From: an uncultured Actinomycetes bacterium
GTDB taxonomy: Bacteria; Actinomycetota; Actinomycetes; Nanopelagicales; Nanopelagicaceae
Assembly (NCBI GenBank): GCA_964565165.1
Contig: CAZMDJ010000003.1
Span: 7,054 to 69,043 of the forward strand
Length of the DNA stretch: 61,990 bases
Reading direction: 5' to 3'
Part shown: piece by piece, positions 33,142-44,339 of the stretch
Layout: each line of letters begins with the position of its first letter
Position numbering within the stretch: position 1 is the first letter of the stretch
Position numbers and translations under genes: made by a program
The notes under the pieces: generated by a model
What the model saw: only the letters and a program-made list of their open reading frames with translations
Database searches by the model: none
Told to the model about the DNA's origin: nothing

Positions 33142-34074
33142 TTATTTTGTAGGAACTGCAAAGAGTGTTAACTTTGAAGCATCCATAAAATTTGATGACC
33201 AAGTTCCTGTTGCCCCTTTAAGTGCTGGACTAACAGTCACTGAACGGTAGTAACTAACACGATCGTAAATTGTGCGACCAGTTGCAGGATCTACCTGACG
33301 TACGCCATTGACTACTTTTGGTACAAGCTTTGTTGAAAGAACCTTCATGGTCGTTGTGTCTTTAGCAACCATTGTTACTTTGTAATTAATTATTCCCAAT
33401 GTTGAATACTGTCCATTGCCTGTACCTGTGCGAAGAACGCCGGTCCAGAATGCTGCACCTGAGTGGTTGCCGTAAGTTAAAGGAATCTTTGTTGGCCAAC
33501 CAGATACTTCAATATAAGCTTGTGACGTATTAGTTGAATCCATCACTGCTCCGCCTAAATCGGCATTATTAGCATAAACACGGAAAACAATTCCTTGTCC
33601 CAATAAATATTCTGAAGTGATCGCACAGGACACTCCAAAACGTGGTGCTAACGGACCTGATGTACCAGATGCTAGAACGGTGTCTACATACATATGAATC
33701 GGTGAAATGACACCTTGCACCGGAACGCCTACTTTTACGTTTAGAGTTGGTGAATTCACCTTTGCTATCGAAGTGTCTGTAGGTGTTAACACACCAGTAA
33801 GCGGTGTTGCTCCTGCCGCAGATGGGACCCATGAACATTTTGCAACATACGGTGCAACTGAAGTTGTTGCAATCGCTTCACAACCTGAAATAACTTTACC
33901 GGCCGCTGAAAATGCCACAGTGCCTGGCAATGAGGCTGTTGCAGTAATAACTGCTGGATCTAGACCATAAACAGCGTTACCGCCTGATAGCGCTAATGAG
34001 TCTGCAGCATGCGCTGTCGACATGCCCAGTGTTGCAAATGTTGCTACTACAAAGCTTGCGATGATTTTTTTCAT
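33142..34074 (-). CDS. secreted protein of unknown function
   Basis: The 310-aa ORF has the signal peptide MKKIIASFVVATFATLGMSTAHAAD. I recognised no family motif. Confidence 0.7.
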   Translation of the reverse strand: MKKIIASFVVATFATLGMSTAHAADSLALSGGNAVYGLDPAVITATASLPGTVAFSAAGKVISGCEAIATTSVAPYVAKCSWVPSAAGATPLTGVLTPTDTSIAKVNSPTLNVKVGVPVQGVISPIHMYVDTVLASGTSGPLAPRFGVSCAITSEYLLGQGIVFRVYANNADLGGAVMDSTNTSQAYIEVSGWPTKIPLTYGNHSGAAFWTGVLRTGTGNGQYSTLGIINYKVTMVAKDTTTMKVLSTKLVPKVVNGVRQVDPATGRTIYDRVSYYRSVTVSPALKGATGTWSSNFMDASKLTLFAVPTK

Positions 34075-34108
34075 TACCTAACTCCTTTTATTTCTCTTAA
34101 ATTCTCAA

Positions 34109-34756
34109 TTACTTCGTTGTAATAGTTCCGGTTAAAGTCAATGTGACCGGTGTTGCAGGCTTTGAACCCTTTGATGCACTTGCGATTGCCCATGAACCCG
34201 TAAGAGTCAATGAACCAGTTGCCCCTGCATATTTGCCGGTACCGCTAACGATTGTTATTGGACCTTTTTTGATTGTTACAGTGGTTGGTGCATCTGCATC
34301 AGCAGAGCAAGCCATTGATCCATCTGCATACTTAACTTTCAATGTATCTGCGCCACTTCCGAGAGTGCCTTCGCCATCAAAAGGGGTGCACTGCTCTGCA
34401 GGAACAGCTGATCCCATTCCCGTTAATTTATCTAAACCGCCTGTTTCACCAGTTCCAGTTGCAGTTACATTTGTAACGTTCACATCAGCGTCGCCCCAAA
34501 GCATTGTTACGGTGCCTTTGTAGGTTGCGTTGATTTTTACTGTGCCACCTTTAGAAGTTGCTGGTGTTGATGCAGCAGCTTTTGGCTTTGTTGTTGAAAA
34601 ACCTGTTGGGCACTTTGGCTTTGCTGCGGTAACTTTCTTTACTGTTGTACCTTTGTAGCAAGTAATTGTTTTGTTAGCGGCATTAGCGCCTGCTATATTT
34701 CCTAATACGAGTCCTGCGATTGCGAGGACTGTAGCGATTTTTGTTAAAAGTTTCAT
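34109..34756 (-). CDS. secreted Thr/Gly/Lys-rich protein of unknown function
   Basis: The start is chosen at ATG 34756 (MKLLTKIATVLAIAGLVLGNIAGANA), preceded by AGGGAGAG. The track ORF extends to 34810. The protein has three Cys pairs. Confidence 0.7.
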   Translation of the reverse strand: MKLLTKIATVLAIAGLVLGNIAGANAANKTITCYKGTTVKKVTAAKPKCPTGFSTTKPKAAASTPATSKGGTVKINATYKGTVTMLWGDADVNVTNVTATGTGETGGLDKLTGMGSAVPAEQCTPFDGEGTLGSGADTLKVKYADGSMACSADADAPTTVTIKKGPITIVSGTGKYAGATGSLTLTGSWAIASASKGSKPATPVTLTLTGTITTK

Positions 34757-34882
34757 CAGTTCCATCTCTCCCTGTAACTGGTTGTTACAAGGGAATGTTT
34801 TCACTTGCAAAATAAATGAAAAGAAAAAAGGCGAGTGCCAGCCCCAGCCTGGCTATCTACTCAGTCACAGTGATATATGCAC

Positions 34883-34914
34883 AAAGGGCCACCTCTAATG
34901 AGGTGGCCCTTTTA
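34883..34914 (-). terminator. intrinsic terminator downstream of rpoC
   Basis: aaagggccacctc (34883-34895), taat, and gaggtggcccttt (34900-34912) form a perfect 13-bp stem located 20 nt after the rpoC stop. Confidence 0.65.
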
Positions 34915-34931
34915 TGACTAGTTATTTGTAC

Positions 34932-37900
34932 TTAGTTGCGAACATCCAAGTCATCTAGACGTACCGCTTCACCTGATCCAGATGAATCAAATGGTGTGAA
35001 GTCGTATTCGTCATATGACGCGTAGACCGCTGCCTTTGCCTCTTCTGTTGGCTCAACACGTACATTGCGATAACGAGCAAGTCCGGTACCAGCTGGAATC
35101 AACTTACCGATGATGACGTTCTCCTTCAGACCAAGAAGTGGATCGCTCTTCTCTGATAACGCTGCATCAGTTAGAACACGAGTTGTTTCCTGGAATGAAG
35201 CTGCTGACAACCAAGATTCAGTTGCAAGCGATGCCTTAGTGATACCCATAAGTTCTGGACGACCAGATGCAGCCTTACCACCGGTTGTAACAACGCGACG
35301 GTTCTCTGCTTCGAAGCGACCACGCTCTACAAGTTCGCCAGGAAGAAGATCTGTATCTCCAGCCTCAAGAACTGTAATGCGCTTTAGCATCTGACGAACG
35401 ATAACTTCGATGTGCTTATCGTGGATACCTACACCCTGTGAACGGTAAACCTCTTGGATTTCGTTAACCAAGTGAACCTGAGTTGCACGTGGTCCAAGAA
35501 TACGAAGAACCTGCTTAGGATCAATCGCGCCAACAACCATCTTCTGGCCGACTTCAACCTTCTGTCCTTCTTCTACAAGAAGCTTCTGGCGACGAGTAAT
35601 TGGGTAAGCAACTTCTTCTCCGCCATCTGCAGGTGTAACAACAATCTTCTTGCCCTTTGCATCCTCGCGGAATGAAACAACACCTGCTGCTTCGGCGATT
35701 GGCGCAACACCCTTAGGTGTACGAGCTTCGAATAGTTCTTGTACACGTGGAAGACCGTGAGTGATGTCATCACCTGCAACACCACCGGTGTGGAAGGTAC
35801 GCATTGTTAGCTGTGTACCTGGTTCACCGATTGATTGCGCTGCAATGATTCCGACTGCTTCACCAATATCTACACGCTTACCTGCACCAAGTGAGCGTCC
35901 GTAGCAAGCTGCGCACTGTCCGACCTTGCTATCGCAAGTTAGAACTGAGCGAACCTTAACTTCAGAAACTCCTGCTGCAATTAAGTCATCGATAACGCGA
36001 TCGCCAAGATCTTCTGCAGCTGATGCAATTACCTTGCCATCAATTACTACATCTTCAGCCAACGCACGACCGTAGATAGATGTCTCAACATGATCATCCT
36101 TAACCAATACACCGTTCTGCTTTGATGCAATTGGAAGCACTAGACCACGATCGGTTCCGCAATCTTCTTCGCGGATGATCACATCTTGTGCAACGTCGCA
36201 GAGACGACGTGTTAGGTAACCTGAGTCAGCGGTACGTAGCGCGGTATCTGCAAGACCCTTACGCGCACCGTGTGTTGAGATGAAGTACTCAAGTACAGAT
36301 AGACCTTCGCGGAAGTTTGACTTGATTGGACGAGGAATAATTTCGCCCTTTGGATTTGCCACAAGACCACGCATACCTGCGATCTGACGAATCTGCATCA
36401 AGTTACCACGAGCACCAGAGTGAACCATCATCCATACTGGGTTGATGCGAGGGAAGTTATCTTCCATCTCTTTACCAACTTCAGCAGTTGCTTGGGTCCA
36501 GATTTCAATCAATTCCTGACGACGTTCATCATCAGTGATCAAGCCCTTCTCGTACTGTGATTGGACCTTATCTGCCTTAGTTTCATAGCTCTCAAGAATT
36601 TCTTGCTTGCGAGGTGGAACTACAACATCTTCAATACCGATTGTTGCGCCAGCACGAGTTGCCCAACGGAAACCAAGTTCCTTAAGTGCATCAAGTGTTG
36701 CAGCTACAACTACCTTTGGATAGAACTCAGCAAGACGATCAACAATAGAAACAAGTTGCTTCTTTGTTACATCTGCATCAACGAATGGGAAATCAGTTGG
36801 AAGTGCATCATTAAAGATTGCGCGACCAATTGTGGTCTCCTTGATTTCACCAGCAACACGAATCTTGACTGGAGCTTGAACTGCAACGCTTCCTTGATCA
36901 AGAGCCATAATTGCTTCGGCTACGGATGTAAATGCGCGACCTTCACCCTTTTCGCCAGGACGTACCTGAGTTAAGTAGTAAAGACCAAGCACCATGTCCT
37001 GTGTTGGAATTGCAAGAGGACGACCATGTGCTGGCGACAAGATGTTGTTAGATGACAACATCAAGATACGTGCTTCAGCTTGCGCTTCTGCAGATAGAGG
37101 TAAGTGAACCGCCATCTGGTCACCGTCGAAGTCAGCGTTGAAAGCTGTACAAACAAGCGGATGTAGATGGATCGCTTTACCTTCAACCAACTGTGGTTCG
37201 AAAGCTTGGATACCTAAGCGGTGCAGGGTTGGTGCACGGTTAAGTAGAACTGGGTGTTCTGCAATAACTTCTTCAAGAACATCCCAAACAACTGGACGTG
37301 CACGTTCGACCATGCGCTTTGCGCTCTTGATGTTCTGTGCATGATTTAGATCAACAAGGCGCTTCATTACGAATGGCTTGAAGAGTTCTAGCGCCATCTG
37401 CTTTGGCAGACCGCACTGGTGCAACTTCAACTGCGGACCAGCAACAATTACGGAACGGCCAGAGTAATCAACACGCTTACCGAGCAAGTTCTGACGGAAT
37501 CGTCCCTGCTTACCCTTAAGCATGTCTGAAAGTGATTTAAGTGCACGGTTACCAGGACCGGTAACTGGGCGACCACGACGACCGTTATCGAATAGCGAGT
37601 CAACAGCTTCCTGCAACATACGCTTTTCGTTATTAACGATGATCTCTGGAGCACCAAGATCTGCAAGACGCTTCAAACGATTGTTACGGTTGATAACGCG
37701 GCGATATAGATCGTTTAGATCTGATGTCGCAAAGCGTCCACCATCAAGTTGAACCATCGGACGTAGATCAGGTGGAATAACTGGAACGCAATCAAGAACC
37801 ATTGATGCAGGTGCATTGCTTGTATTCAAGAATGAGTTAACAACCTTCAAACGCTTAATTGCGCGAGTCTTCTTTGCGCCCTTACCGTTTTCAGCGATAT

Positions 37901-38735
37901 CAGTTAACTTGTCGTATTCAGTCTTAAGATCGAAATCTTCAAGACGCTTCTTGATTGCAGCAGCGCCCATGTCTCCCTTGAAGTACATGCCATAACGGTC
38001 ACGCATTTCGCGGTATAGAGATTCGTCGCCTTCAAGATCCTGAACCTTTAGGTTCTTAAAGCGTGACCACACATCTTCAAGACGTGAGATTTCCTTGTCA
38101 GCCTTTTCACGGATCTGCTTTAGCTCGCGCTCTGCAGATTCGCGGACCTTACGCTTAACATCGCTCTTTGCATCTTCTGCTTCGAGTTCAGCCATATCAG
38201 CTTCAAGTTTCTTAGAACGAGCATCGATATCTAGATCGCGCTTGGTTTCGATCTTCTTACGATCGTTAGCAAGCTTCTTCTCGTTCTGCGCCATATCTTC
38301 TTCGCGAGCTTCTGTATCAACAGAAGTGATCATGTAGGCAGCGAAGTAGATAACTTTCTCTAGATCCTTTGGAGCTAAATCAAGTAGGTAACCGAGACGT
38401 GAAGGAACGCCCTTGAAGTACCAGATATGTGTAACTGGAGCTGCAAGTTCGATATGTCCCATACGTTCGCGACGTACCTTTGCGCGAGTAACTTCAACAC
38501 CGCAACGTTCGCAGATAATGCCCTTAAAGCGAACGCGCTTGTACTTACCGCAATAGCATTCCCAGTCACGAGTAGGTCCGAAGATCTTCTCGTCGAATAG
38601 GCCATCCTTTTCCGGCTTTAGTGTGCGGTAGTTGATGGTTTCTGGCTTCTTAACTTCGCCGAAAGACCATGCGCGGATGTGTTCTGCTGATGCAAGACCA
38701 ATACGTAGTTCATCAAAGAAATTAACATCTAACAT
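34932..38735 (-). CDS. rpoC: DNA-directed RNA polymerase beta' subunit
   Basis: The 1267-aa ORF carries the [12 protein letters not shown] active-site motif and an N-terminal zinc-binding [23 protein letters not shown]. Confidence 0.99.
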   Translation of the reverse strand: MLDVNFFDELRIGLASAEHIRAWSFGEVKKPETINYRTLKPEKDGLFDEKIFGPTRDWECYCGKYKRVRFKGIICERCGVEVTRAKVRRERMGHIELAAPVTHIWYFKGVPSRLGYLLDLAPKDLEKVIYFAAYMITSVDTEAREEDMAQNEKKLANDRKKIETKRDLDIDARSKKLEADMAELEAEDAKSDVKRKVRESAERELKQIREKADKEISRLEDVWSRFKNLKVQDLEGDESLYREMRDRYGMYFKGDMGAAAIKKRLEDFDLKTEYDKLTDIAENGKGAKKTRAIKRLKVVNSFLNTSNAPASMVLDCVPVIPPDLRPMVQLDGGRFATSDLNDLYRRVINRNNRLKRLADLGAPEIIVNNEKRMLQEAVDSLFDNGRRGRPVTGPGNRALKSLSDMLKGKQGRFRQNLLGKRVDYSGRSVIVAGPQLKLHQCGLPKQMALELFKPFVMKRLVDLNHAQNIKSAKRMVERARPVVWDVLEEVIAEHPVLLNRAPTLHRLGIQAFEPQLVEGKAIHLHPLVCTAFNADFDGDQMAVHLPLSAEAQAEARILMLSSNNILSPAHGRPLAIPTQDMVLGLYYLTQVRPGEKGEGRAFTSVAEAIMALDQGSVAVQAPVKIRVAGEIKETTIGRAIFNDALPTDFPFVDADVTKKQLVSIVDRLAEFYPKVVVAATLDALKELGFRWATRAGATIGIEDVVVPPRKQEILESYETKADKVQSQYEKGLITDDERRQELIEIWTQATAEVGKEMEDNFPRINPVWMMVHSGARGNLMQIRQIAGMRGLVANPKGEIIPRPIKSNFREGLSVLEYFISTHGARKGLADTALRTADSGYLTRRLCDVAQDVIIREEDCGTDRGLVLPIASKQNGVLVKDDHVETSIYGRALAEDVVIDGKVIASAAEDLGDRVIDDLIAAGVSEVKVRSVLTCDSKVGQCAACYGRSLGAGKRVDIGEAVGIIAAQSIGEPGTQLTMRTFHTGGVAGDDITHGLPRVQELFEARTPKGVAPIAEAAGVVSFREDAKGKKIVVTPADGGEEVAYPITRRQKLLVEEGQKVEVGQKMVVGAIDPKQVLRILGPRATQVHLVNEIQEVYRSQGVGIHDKHIEVIVRQMLKRITVLEAGDTDLLPGELVERGRFEAENRRVVTTGGKAASGRPELMGITKASLATESWLSAASFQETTRVLTDAALSEKSDPLLGLKENVIIGKLIPAGTGLARYRNVRVEPTEEAKAAVYASYDEYDFTPFDSSGSGEAVRLDDLDVRN

Positions 38736-38739
38736 CTGA

Positions 38740-41700
38740 TCACACCTCTTCTACTGAGCTTGGCTCAACTCGTGACAAGTTAATTCCAAGTTCTTCTGCT
38801 GCTCGGAATACTTCATCATCTGTGTCGCGCATTTCGATTGCAACACCTTCTGAAGAAAGTACTTCAACATTTAGACATAGTGATTGCATTTCCTTAACAA
38901 GAACCTTGAATGATTCAGGGATACCTGGCTCTGGAATGTTTTCACCCTTAACGATCGCTTCGTAAACCTTTACGCGACCAAGCACGTCGTCAGACTTAAT
39001 AGTCAACAACTCCTGCAATGTGTATGCAGCGCCATAAGCTTCAAGCGCCCACACTTCCATTTCACCGAAGCGCTGACCACCGAACTGTGCCTTACCGCCA
39101 AGTGGCTGTTGAGTAATCATTGAGTAAGGACCCGTTGAACGTGCGTGAATCTTGTCGTCGACCAAGTGGTGCAGCTTCAAGATGTACATGTAACCAACTG
39201 AGATTGGTGTTGGGAATGGTTCGCCTGAACGGCCATCAAATAGATTTGCTTTACCTGATGAACCGATTAGTTGTAGACCATCACGGTTAGGAAGAGTTGC
39301 ACCTAATAGGCCAGCAACTTCTTCTTCCTTAGCGCCGTCGAATACTGGAGTTGCAACGTTTGTTCCTGGTTCTGCTTTTGCAGCACCAATCTCTTCAAGA
39401 TGCTTTGTCCAAGCTTCGCCAACACCTGAAAGATCCCAACCAGTCTTTGCAGCCCAACCCAAGTGCATTTCAAGAACCTGTCCGACGTTCATACGTCCAG
39501 GTACACCAAGTGGATTAAGGATTACATCGATTGGAGTTCCATCTTCAAGGAATGGCATATCTTCAACTGGAAGAATCTTTGAGATAACACCCTTATTACC
39601 GTGGCGACCAGCAAGCTTGTCACCAACTTGAATCTTGCGCTTCTGTGCAACGTAAACGCGAACAAGTGTGTTTACACCTGCGCCTAGTTCGTCGCCTTCT
39701 TCAGATTCAAAGACTTTAACGCCGATGATCTTGCCTGATTCACCATGAGGAACCTTTAGTGAGGTATCGCGAACTTCGCGAGCCTTCTCACCGAAGATTG
39801 CACGGAGCAAGCGCTCTTCTGGAGTTAATTCGGTTTCGCCCTTTGGAGTTACCTTTCCAACCAAGATATCGCCAGGAACAACTTCTGCACCTACGCGGAT
39901 GATGCCTCGTTCATCAAGGTCAGCAAGTACTTCTTCAGAAACGTTTGGAATATCGCGAGTGATCTCTTCTGCACCAAGCTTGGTGTCGCGAGCATCAACT
40001 TCGTATTCTTCAATGTGAATAGATGTCAGTTCGTCATCTTGTACTAGACGCTGAGAAAGAATGATCGCGTCTTCGTAGTTATGACCTTCCCATGACATGA
40101 AGGCGATTAGAAGGTTCTTACCAAGAGCCATTTCGCCCTTGTCAGTTGAAGGACCGTCAGCGATAACTGTGCCAACTTCAACCTTCTGACCATCTGCAAC
40201 CTGCACGCGCTGGTTGTATGAAGTTCCCTGGTTTGAGCGACGGAACTTAGATAGTGAGTAGTTGTCGTACTTACCATCGTTTGTCATAACTGTTACTTCA
40301 TCAGATGAAACTTCAGTTACTACACCCGCGCTCTTTGCCATGATTACATCGCCAGCATCGATTGCGTTACGCCATTCCATACCAGTTCCAACTAGTGGAG
40401 ATTCTGGACGCATTAGCGGAACAGCTTGACGCATCATGTTAGAACCCATCAACGCACGGTTAGCGTCTTCGTGCTCTAGGAATGGAATCATTGCTGTTGC
40501 AACAGAAACCATCTGACGTGGTGAAACGTCCATGTAATCAACTTCGTCTGCCGGAATGTATTCAACTTCTCCGCCACGACGACGAACAAGAACACGTGCT
40601 TCAGCAAATGTGTTATCCGCGTTTAGCGGTGCATTTGCATGAGCGATTACGTGCTCGTCTTCTTCGTCTGAAGTTAGGTAATCAAACTAATCTGAAACTT
40701 TTCCGTTAACAACTTTGCGATATGGAGTTTCGATAAATCCAAATGCAGTTACACGTGCGTATGTTGCAAGACCACCGATAAGACCAATGTTTGGACCTTC
40801 AGGAGTTTCGATTGGACACATACGTCCGTAGTGAGATGGGTGAACGTCACGAACTTCGAAGCCCGCACGGTCACGTGATAGTCCGCCAGGTCCAAGCGCT
40901 GAAAGACGACGCTTATGTGTAAGACCTGACAATGGGTTTGTTTGATCCATGAACTGTGACAACTGAGATGTTCCGAAGAATTCCTTGATTGATGCAACAA
41001 CCGGACGGATGTTGATCAATGTCTGAGGAGTAATCGCTTCGACATCTTGTGTTGTCATACGTTCGCGAACAACGCGTTCCATACGTGATAGACCGGTACG
41101 AACCTGATTCTGGATTAGTTCGCCAACTGTACGTAGACGACGGTTACCGAAGTGATCGATATCGTCAGCTTCTACGCGAACTTCCTTGCCGTAATCCATA
41201 ACTAGATCGCCACGGTGTAGCGCAACTAGGTACTTCAGTGTTGCAACGATGTCCTGAATAGTAAGCAAATTAGCTGCTAATTCTTGCTCAAGACCTAGCT
41301 TCTTATTGATCTTAAAGCGACCGACCTTGGCCAAGTCGTAACGCTTTGGATTGAAGTAATAGTTCTCAATTAAGTTCTGCGCAGCTTCCTTTGTTGGAGG
41401 CTCGCCAGGACGAAGCTTGCGGTAAATATCTAACAGCGCATCGTCTTGTGTCTTTACGTTATCTTTTTCAAGAGTCTGGCGGATTGAATCGTATTCACCG
41501 AAGTTTTCGATGATCTGTTCTTCTGTCCAACCTAGAGCCTTAAGGAAAATTGTTACAGATTGCTTACGCTTACGATCGATACGTACGCCAACCTGATCTT
41601 TCTTATCTACTTCGAATTCAAGCCATGCACCACGTGAAGGAATGATCTTCGCTGTGAATACATCTTTATCTGAACCCTTTTCAATTGAGCGTTCGAAATA

Positions 41701-42240
41701 AACACCTGGTGAACGAACAAGCTGTGAAACAACAACACGTTCGGTGCCGTTGATTACGAAAGTTCCGCGAGGTGTCATCAATGGGAAGTCGCCCATGAAA
41801 ACAGTCTGCGATTTAATTTCGCCTGTTTCGTTATTCATAAATTCCGCAGTTACGAAAAGTGGAGCTGCGTAAGTCATATCGCGCTCTTTGCACTCGTCTA
41901 CTGCGTACTTTGCAGGCTCGAAGCGATGATCACGGAATGAAAGTGACATCGATCCTTGGAAATCTTCGATTGGAGAGATCTCCTCGAAAATTTCTTCTAG
42001 ACCTGATTGTGATGGTAGTTCTCCACGAAGAGATTCCGGTGAGCTCGCCATACGCTCGCGCCACTCAGCATTACCAAGTAACCAATCAAAGCTCTCACGT
42101 TGTAGAGCAAGAAGGTTTGGTACTTCTAGTGGTTCAGAGATTTTGGCGAAAGAAATACGGCGTGGAGCAGTTTTATTCTTTGACGCGGCCAAGTTATGTC
42201 CTTCCAAGACAATTTTTAAAACATTACGTTTCACATGCAC
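38740..42240 (-). CDS. rpoB: DNA-directed RNA polymerase beta subunit, interrupted by one in-frame TAG at 40689..40687
   Basis: The two track ORFs (40687..42240 and 38740..40533) are in the same frame. The 51 codons between them are open and encode conserved beta-subunit sequence. Rif-cluster [32 protein letters not shown] is present. The N-terminal start is uncertain (GTG 42240, GTG 42234 or TTG 42207). Confidence 0.93.
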
Positions 42241-42292
42241 ACACGACTATTAGGCCGCCAGCCGCTATATGCCATGACCTAGTAAAAAAGTG

Positions 42293-42369
42293 TGAGGGAG
42301 CAGGATATCGGTGCTTGCTTTCCCATGTCTAATCGGGTAAAAGCTCTAAGCCCCGCTCCTGCTCCCTCA
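42293..42369 (-). promoter_or_regulatory. long-loop inverted repeat upstream of rpoB (terminator/attenuator-like on the minus strand)
   Basis: tgagggagcagga (42293-42305) and tcctgctccctca (42357-42369) form a perfect 13-bp inverted repeat with a 51-nt spacer. On the minus strand the stem is followed by CAC then T6 (plus-strand A6 at 42284-42289). Confidence 0.4.
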
Positions 42370-42516
42370 ATCCGGCGAGCCCACCAGGCCGGACCTTTAA
42401 GCAGAGTCTGGGGCAGATCTGTGAGAAATTCGTGTGAAGAGGGGTTCAGCTCTATAAGAAATGCTCGCGCTCACCATTTGGTAGCGGTAGCCCTATCTAC
42501 CTGCGAAACTTAAACC

Positions 42517-43191
42517 GTGAGTAAAGGGCAGATTCTCGTAGTTGATGATGAACTCGCGATCAGAGAGCTGATCACCGAAGTTCTCAATATCGCTGACTTC
42601 CAGGTCACAACTGCAGCCGATGGCCTTGAAGCGCTAAATCAGGTCCGCAAAACTAAATTCGATCTGATCCTGCTTGATGTGAATCTTCCAAAAGTTGATG
42701 GATTTGCAGTCCTTGAGAAGGTCCGCGAAAGCGCTCCGACCCAGCCAATCATCATGCTCAGCGCTCGTACCAGTAAAGATGACGTAACGCATGGCCTTCG
42801 TTTAGGTGCAGATGATTACATCCGCAAACCATTTAGCGTTGAAGAGCTGGTGCTTCGCGTTGAAAATCGATTGAAACGAAATGGCTCTGATGTGGACACC
42901 GTTTTAAGTTGCGGCCCACTCTCTTTATTTGAAGGCGAACATAAAGTTACTTTCAACGAGAAGACTATTGACCTATCTCCTACCGAATTTAATCTTTTGC
43001 AGGTTCTGCTTCAGAATCAGAATCGCGTATTAACAAAAGAGAAGTTGCTCGATCTCGTTTGGGGTCTTGATTTCGAAACCACCACCAACGTGGTCGATAC
43101 ATACATCTCTTACCTTCGTAAAAAATTACATATAAATGGATTCGAAGGAATTAAAACTGTGCGAGGCGTCGGCTTTAAGTTGGAGTGTTAA
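42517..43191 (+). CDS. OmpR/PhoB-family response regulator
   Basis: The 224-aa ORF has a receiver domain (ILVVDDE...DLILLDVNLPKVDG) and a winged-helix C-terminus (LSPTEFNLLQVL...VDTYISYLRKKL...IKTVRGVGFKL). GTG start. Confidence 0.92.
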   Translation: MSKGQILVVDDELAIRELITEVLNIADFQVTTAADGLEALNQVRKTKFDLILLDVNLPKVDGFAVLEKVRESAPTQPIIMLSARTSKDDVTHGLRLGADDYIRKPFSVEELVLRVENRLKRNGSDVDTVLSCGPLSLFEGEHKVTFNEKTIDLSPTEFNLLQVLLQNQNRVLTKEKLLDLVWGLDFETTTNVVDTYISYLRKKLHINGFEGIKTVRGVGFKLEC

Positions 43192-44339
43192 TGAAGTTAA
43201 GCACGCGCCTAGCTTTAGTTGTCTCTGCGATTCTGGCAATCACTACCATTATTTCTAGCGCTCAATCTGTAATTGTCCACAGGAACGAGAAGCTCAATAC
43301 ATATAGCGATGTACTCAATAACTTAGCTAATCAGCTCGCCTCATCTGATGAGAATGATTTAACTTTTGCGCTGTTCATTGCCGAGCAGAGCCCAATCCCA
43401 ATGTCACTTGCTTACATCTCCCCAGAAGGCCACGCTACTTATTTAACCGAAGCGGCTGGATCTGGGTTAGTTATTCCAACTAAAGAGCAGTACCAGAAAG
43501 GTTTACAAGAACCGCTTCTCTTTAGAGACATCATGGAACGTTTCTACAAAATCGGTAAGAACGAATACATTGGTTTCTACGTATCAATCACTGATTTAAA
43601 TGATGAAATTAACCGTAGCTTTAAGAAAATCCTCTTCTTTAACTTAATTATCATTCTGATCGCTGGTCTCTTAATTACTTTTATTTTCCGCCGCGACAGT
43701 AAGTTAAATAGCGCCGCTAAAGGTATGCAGGAATTTATCGGCGATGCTTCCCACGAACTCAAGACTCCGCTTACTGTTATTCGCGGTTATTCAGAGATCT
43801 TGAGTAACAATCCCGATCAAGGCGAAAAATACGCACGACGAATTCATGATGAATCCCTTCGCATGTCCAGCATCATCGATCAGTTACTAAAGATCGCAGC
43901 ACTTGATGAGGGGCATAAAGAGGAACCTGTATCGATTGATATCGCCGAATACTTAAAGTCTCACATTGAAGATATTTTGATGTTACAACCAAATCGAATG
44001 GTTTCCTTTGTTCCTGAACCATTGATGGTGAAAGCTCCATACGATTTAGTAGACACACTTCTTTCAAATGTACTTACCAATGCACGTATCCATTCACCAG
44101 AAGATGCGCCACTTCTTATCTCTATTACCGGTAAGCAAGTAACAATTGAAGATGGCGGTCCGGGGATGAAAGAGATTCCAGATAAACCATTTATGCGCTT
44201 TGATTCATCGCGTTCACGCAAGACTGGCGGCAGCGGTTTAGGTATGAGTTTGATTCAAAAGTGCGCCAAAGAACTTGGCGCAAAGTTGAACTTCGGTAAG
44301 AGCGATTTAGGCGGTTTGAAAGTAGAGATTACTTTCTAG
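43191..44339 (+). CDS. sensor histidine kinase
   Basis: The protein has two TM segments flanking a ~130-aa extracytoplasmic loop. The H-box is FIGDASHELKTPLTVIRGY, with N and G boxes (NARIHSP; DGGPGM; GGSGLGMSL). ATG 43191 overlaps the RR stop as TAATG; the alternative GTG at 43185 is used by the track. Confidence 0.9.
   Translation: MKLSTRLALVVSAILAITTIISSAQSVIVHRNEKLNTYSDVLNNLANQLASSDENDLTFALFIAEQSPIPMSLAYISPEGHATYLTEAAGSGLVIPTKEQYQKGLQEPLLFRDIMERFYKIGKNEYIGFYVSITDLNDEINRSFKKILFFNLIIILIAGLLITFIFRRDSKLNSAAKGMQEFIGDASHELKTPLTVIRGYSEILSNNPDQGEKYARRIHDESLRMSSIIDQLLKIAALDEGHKEEPVSIDIAEYLKSHIEDILMLQPNRMVSFVPEPLMVKAPYDLVDTLLSNVLTNARIHSPEDAPLLISITGKQVTIEDGGPGMKEIPDKPFMRFDSSRSRKTGGSGLGMSLIQKCAKELGAKLNFGKSDLGGLKVEITF

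Noticed and set aside
38740-42240. rpoB as two separate genes (a naturally split beta subunit), as the ORF track suggests
   Set aside because: Both ORFs share one frame. The 51 codons between the TAG and the next Met are open and encode conserved beta-subunit sequence. There is no SD or spacer for a second gene, so this is one gene with one in-frame stop.
42370-42516. Possible small RNA or tRNA-like element (ggtagcggtagccctatctacc) in the rpoB/response-regulator spacer
   Set aside because: There is only a 5-bp GGTAG/CTACC stem, with no cloverleaf, no conserved T-loop or D-loop motifs, and no matches to SRP, 6S or RNase P signatures that I can recognise.
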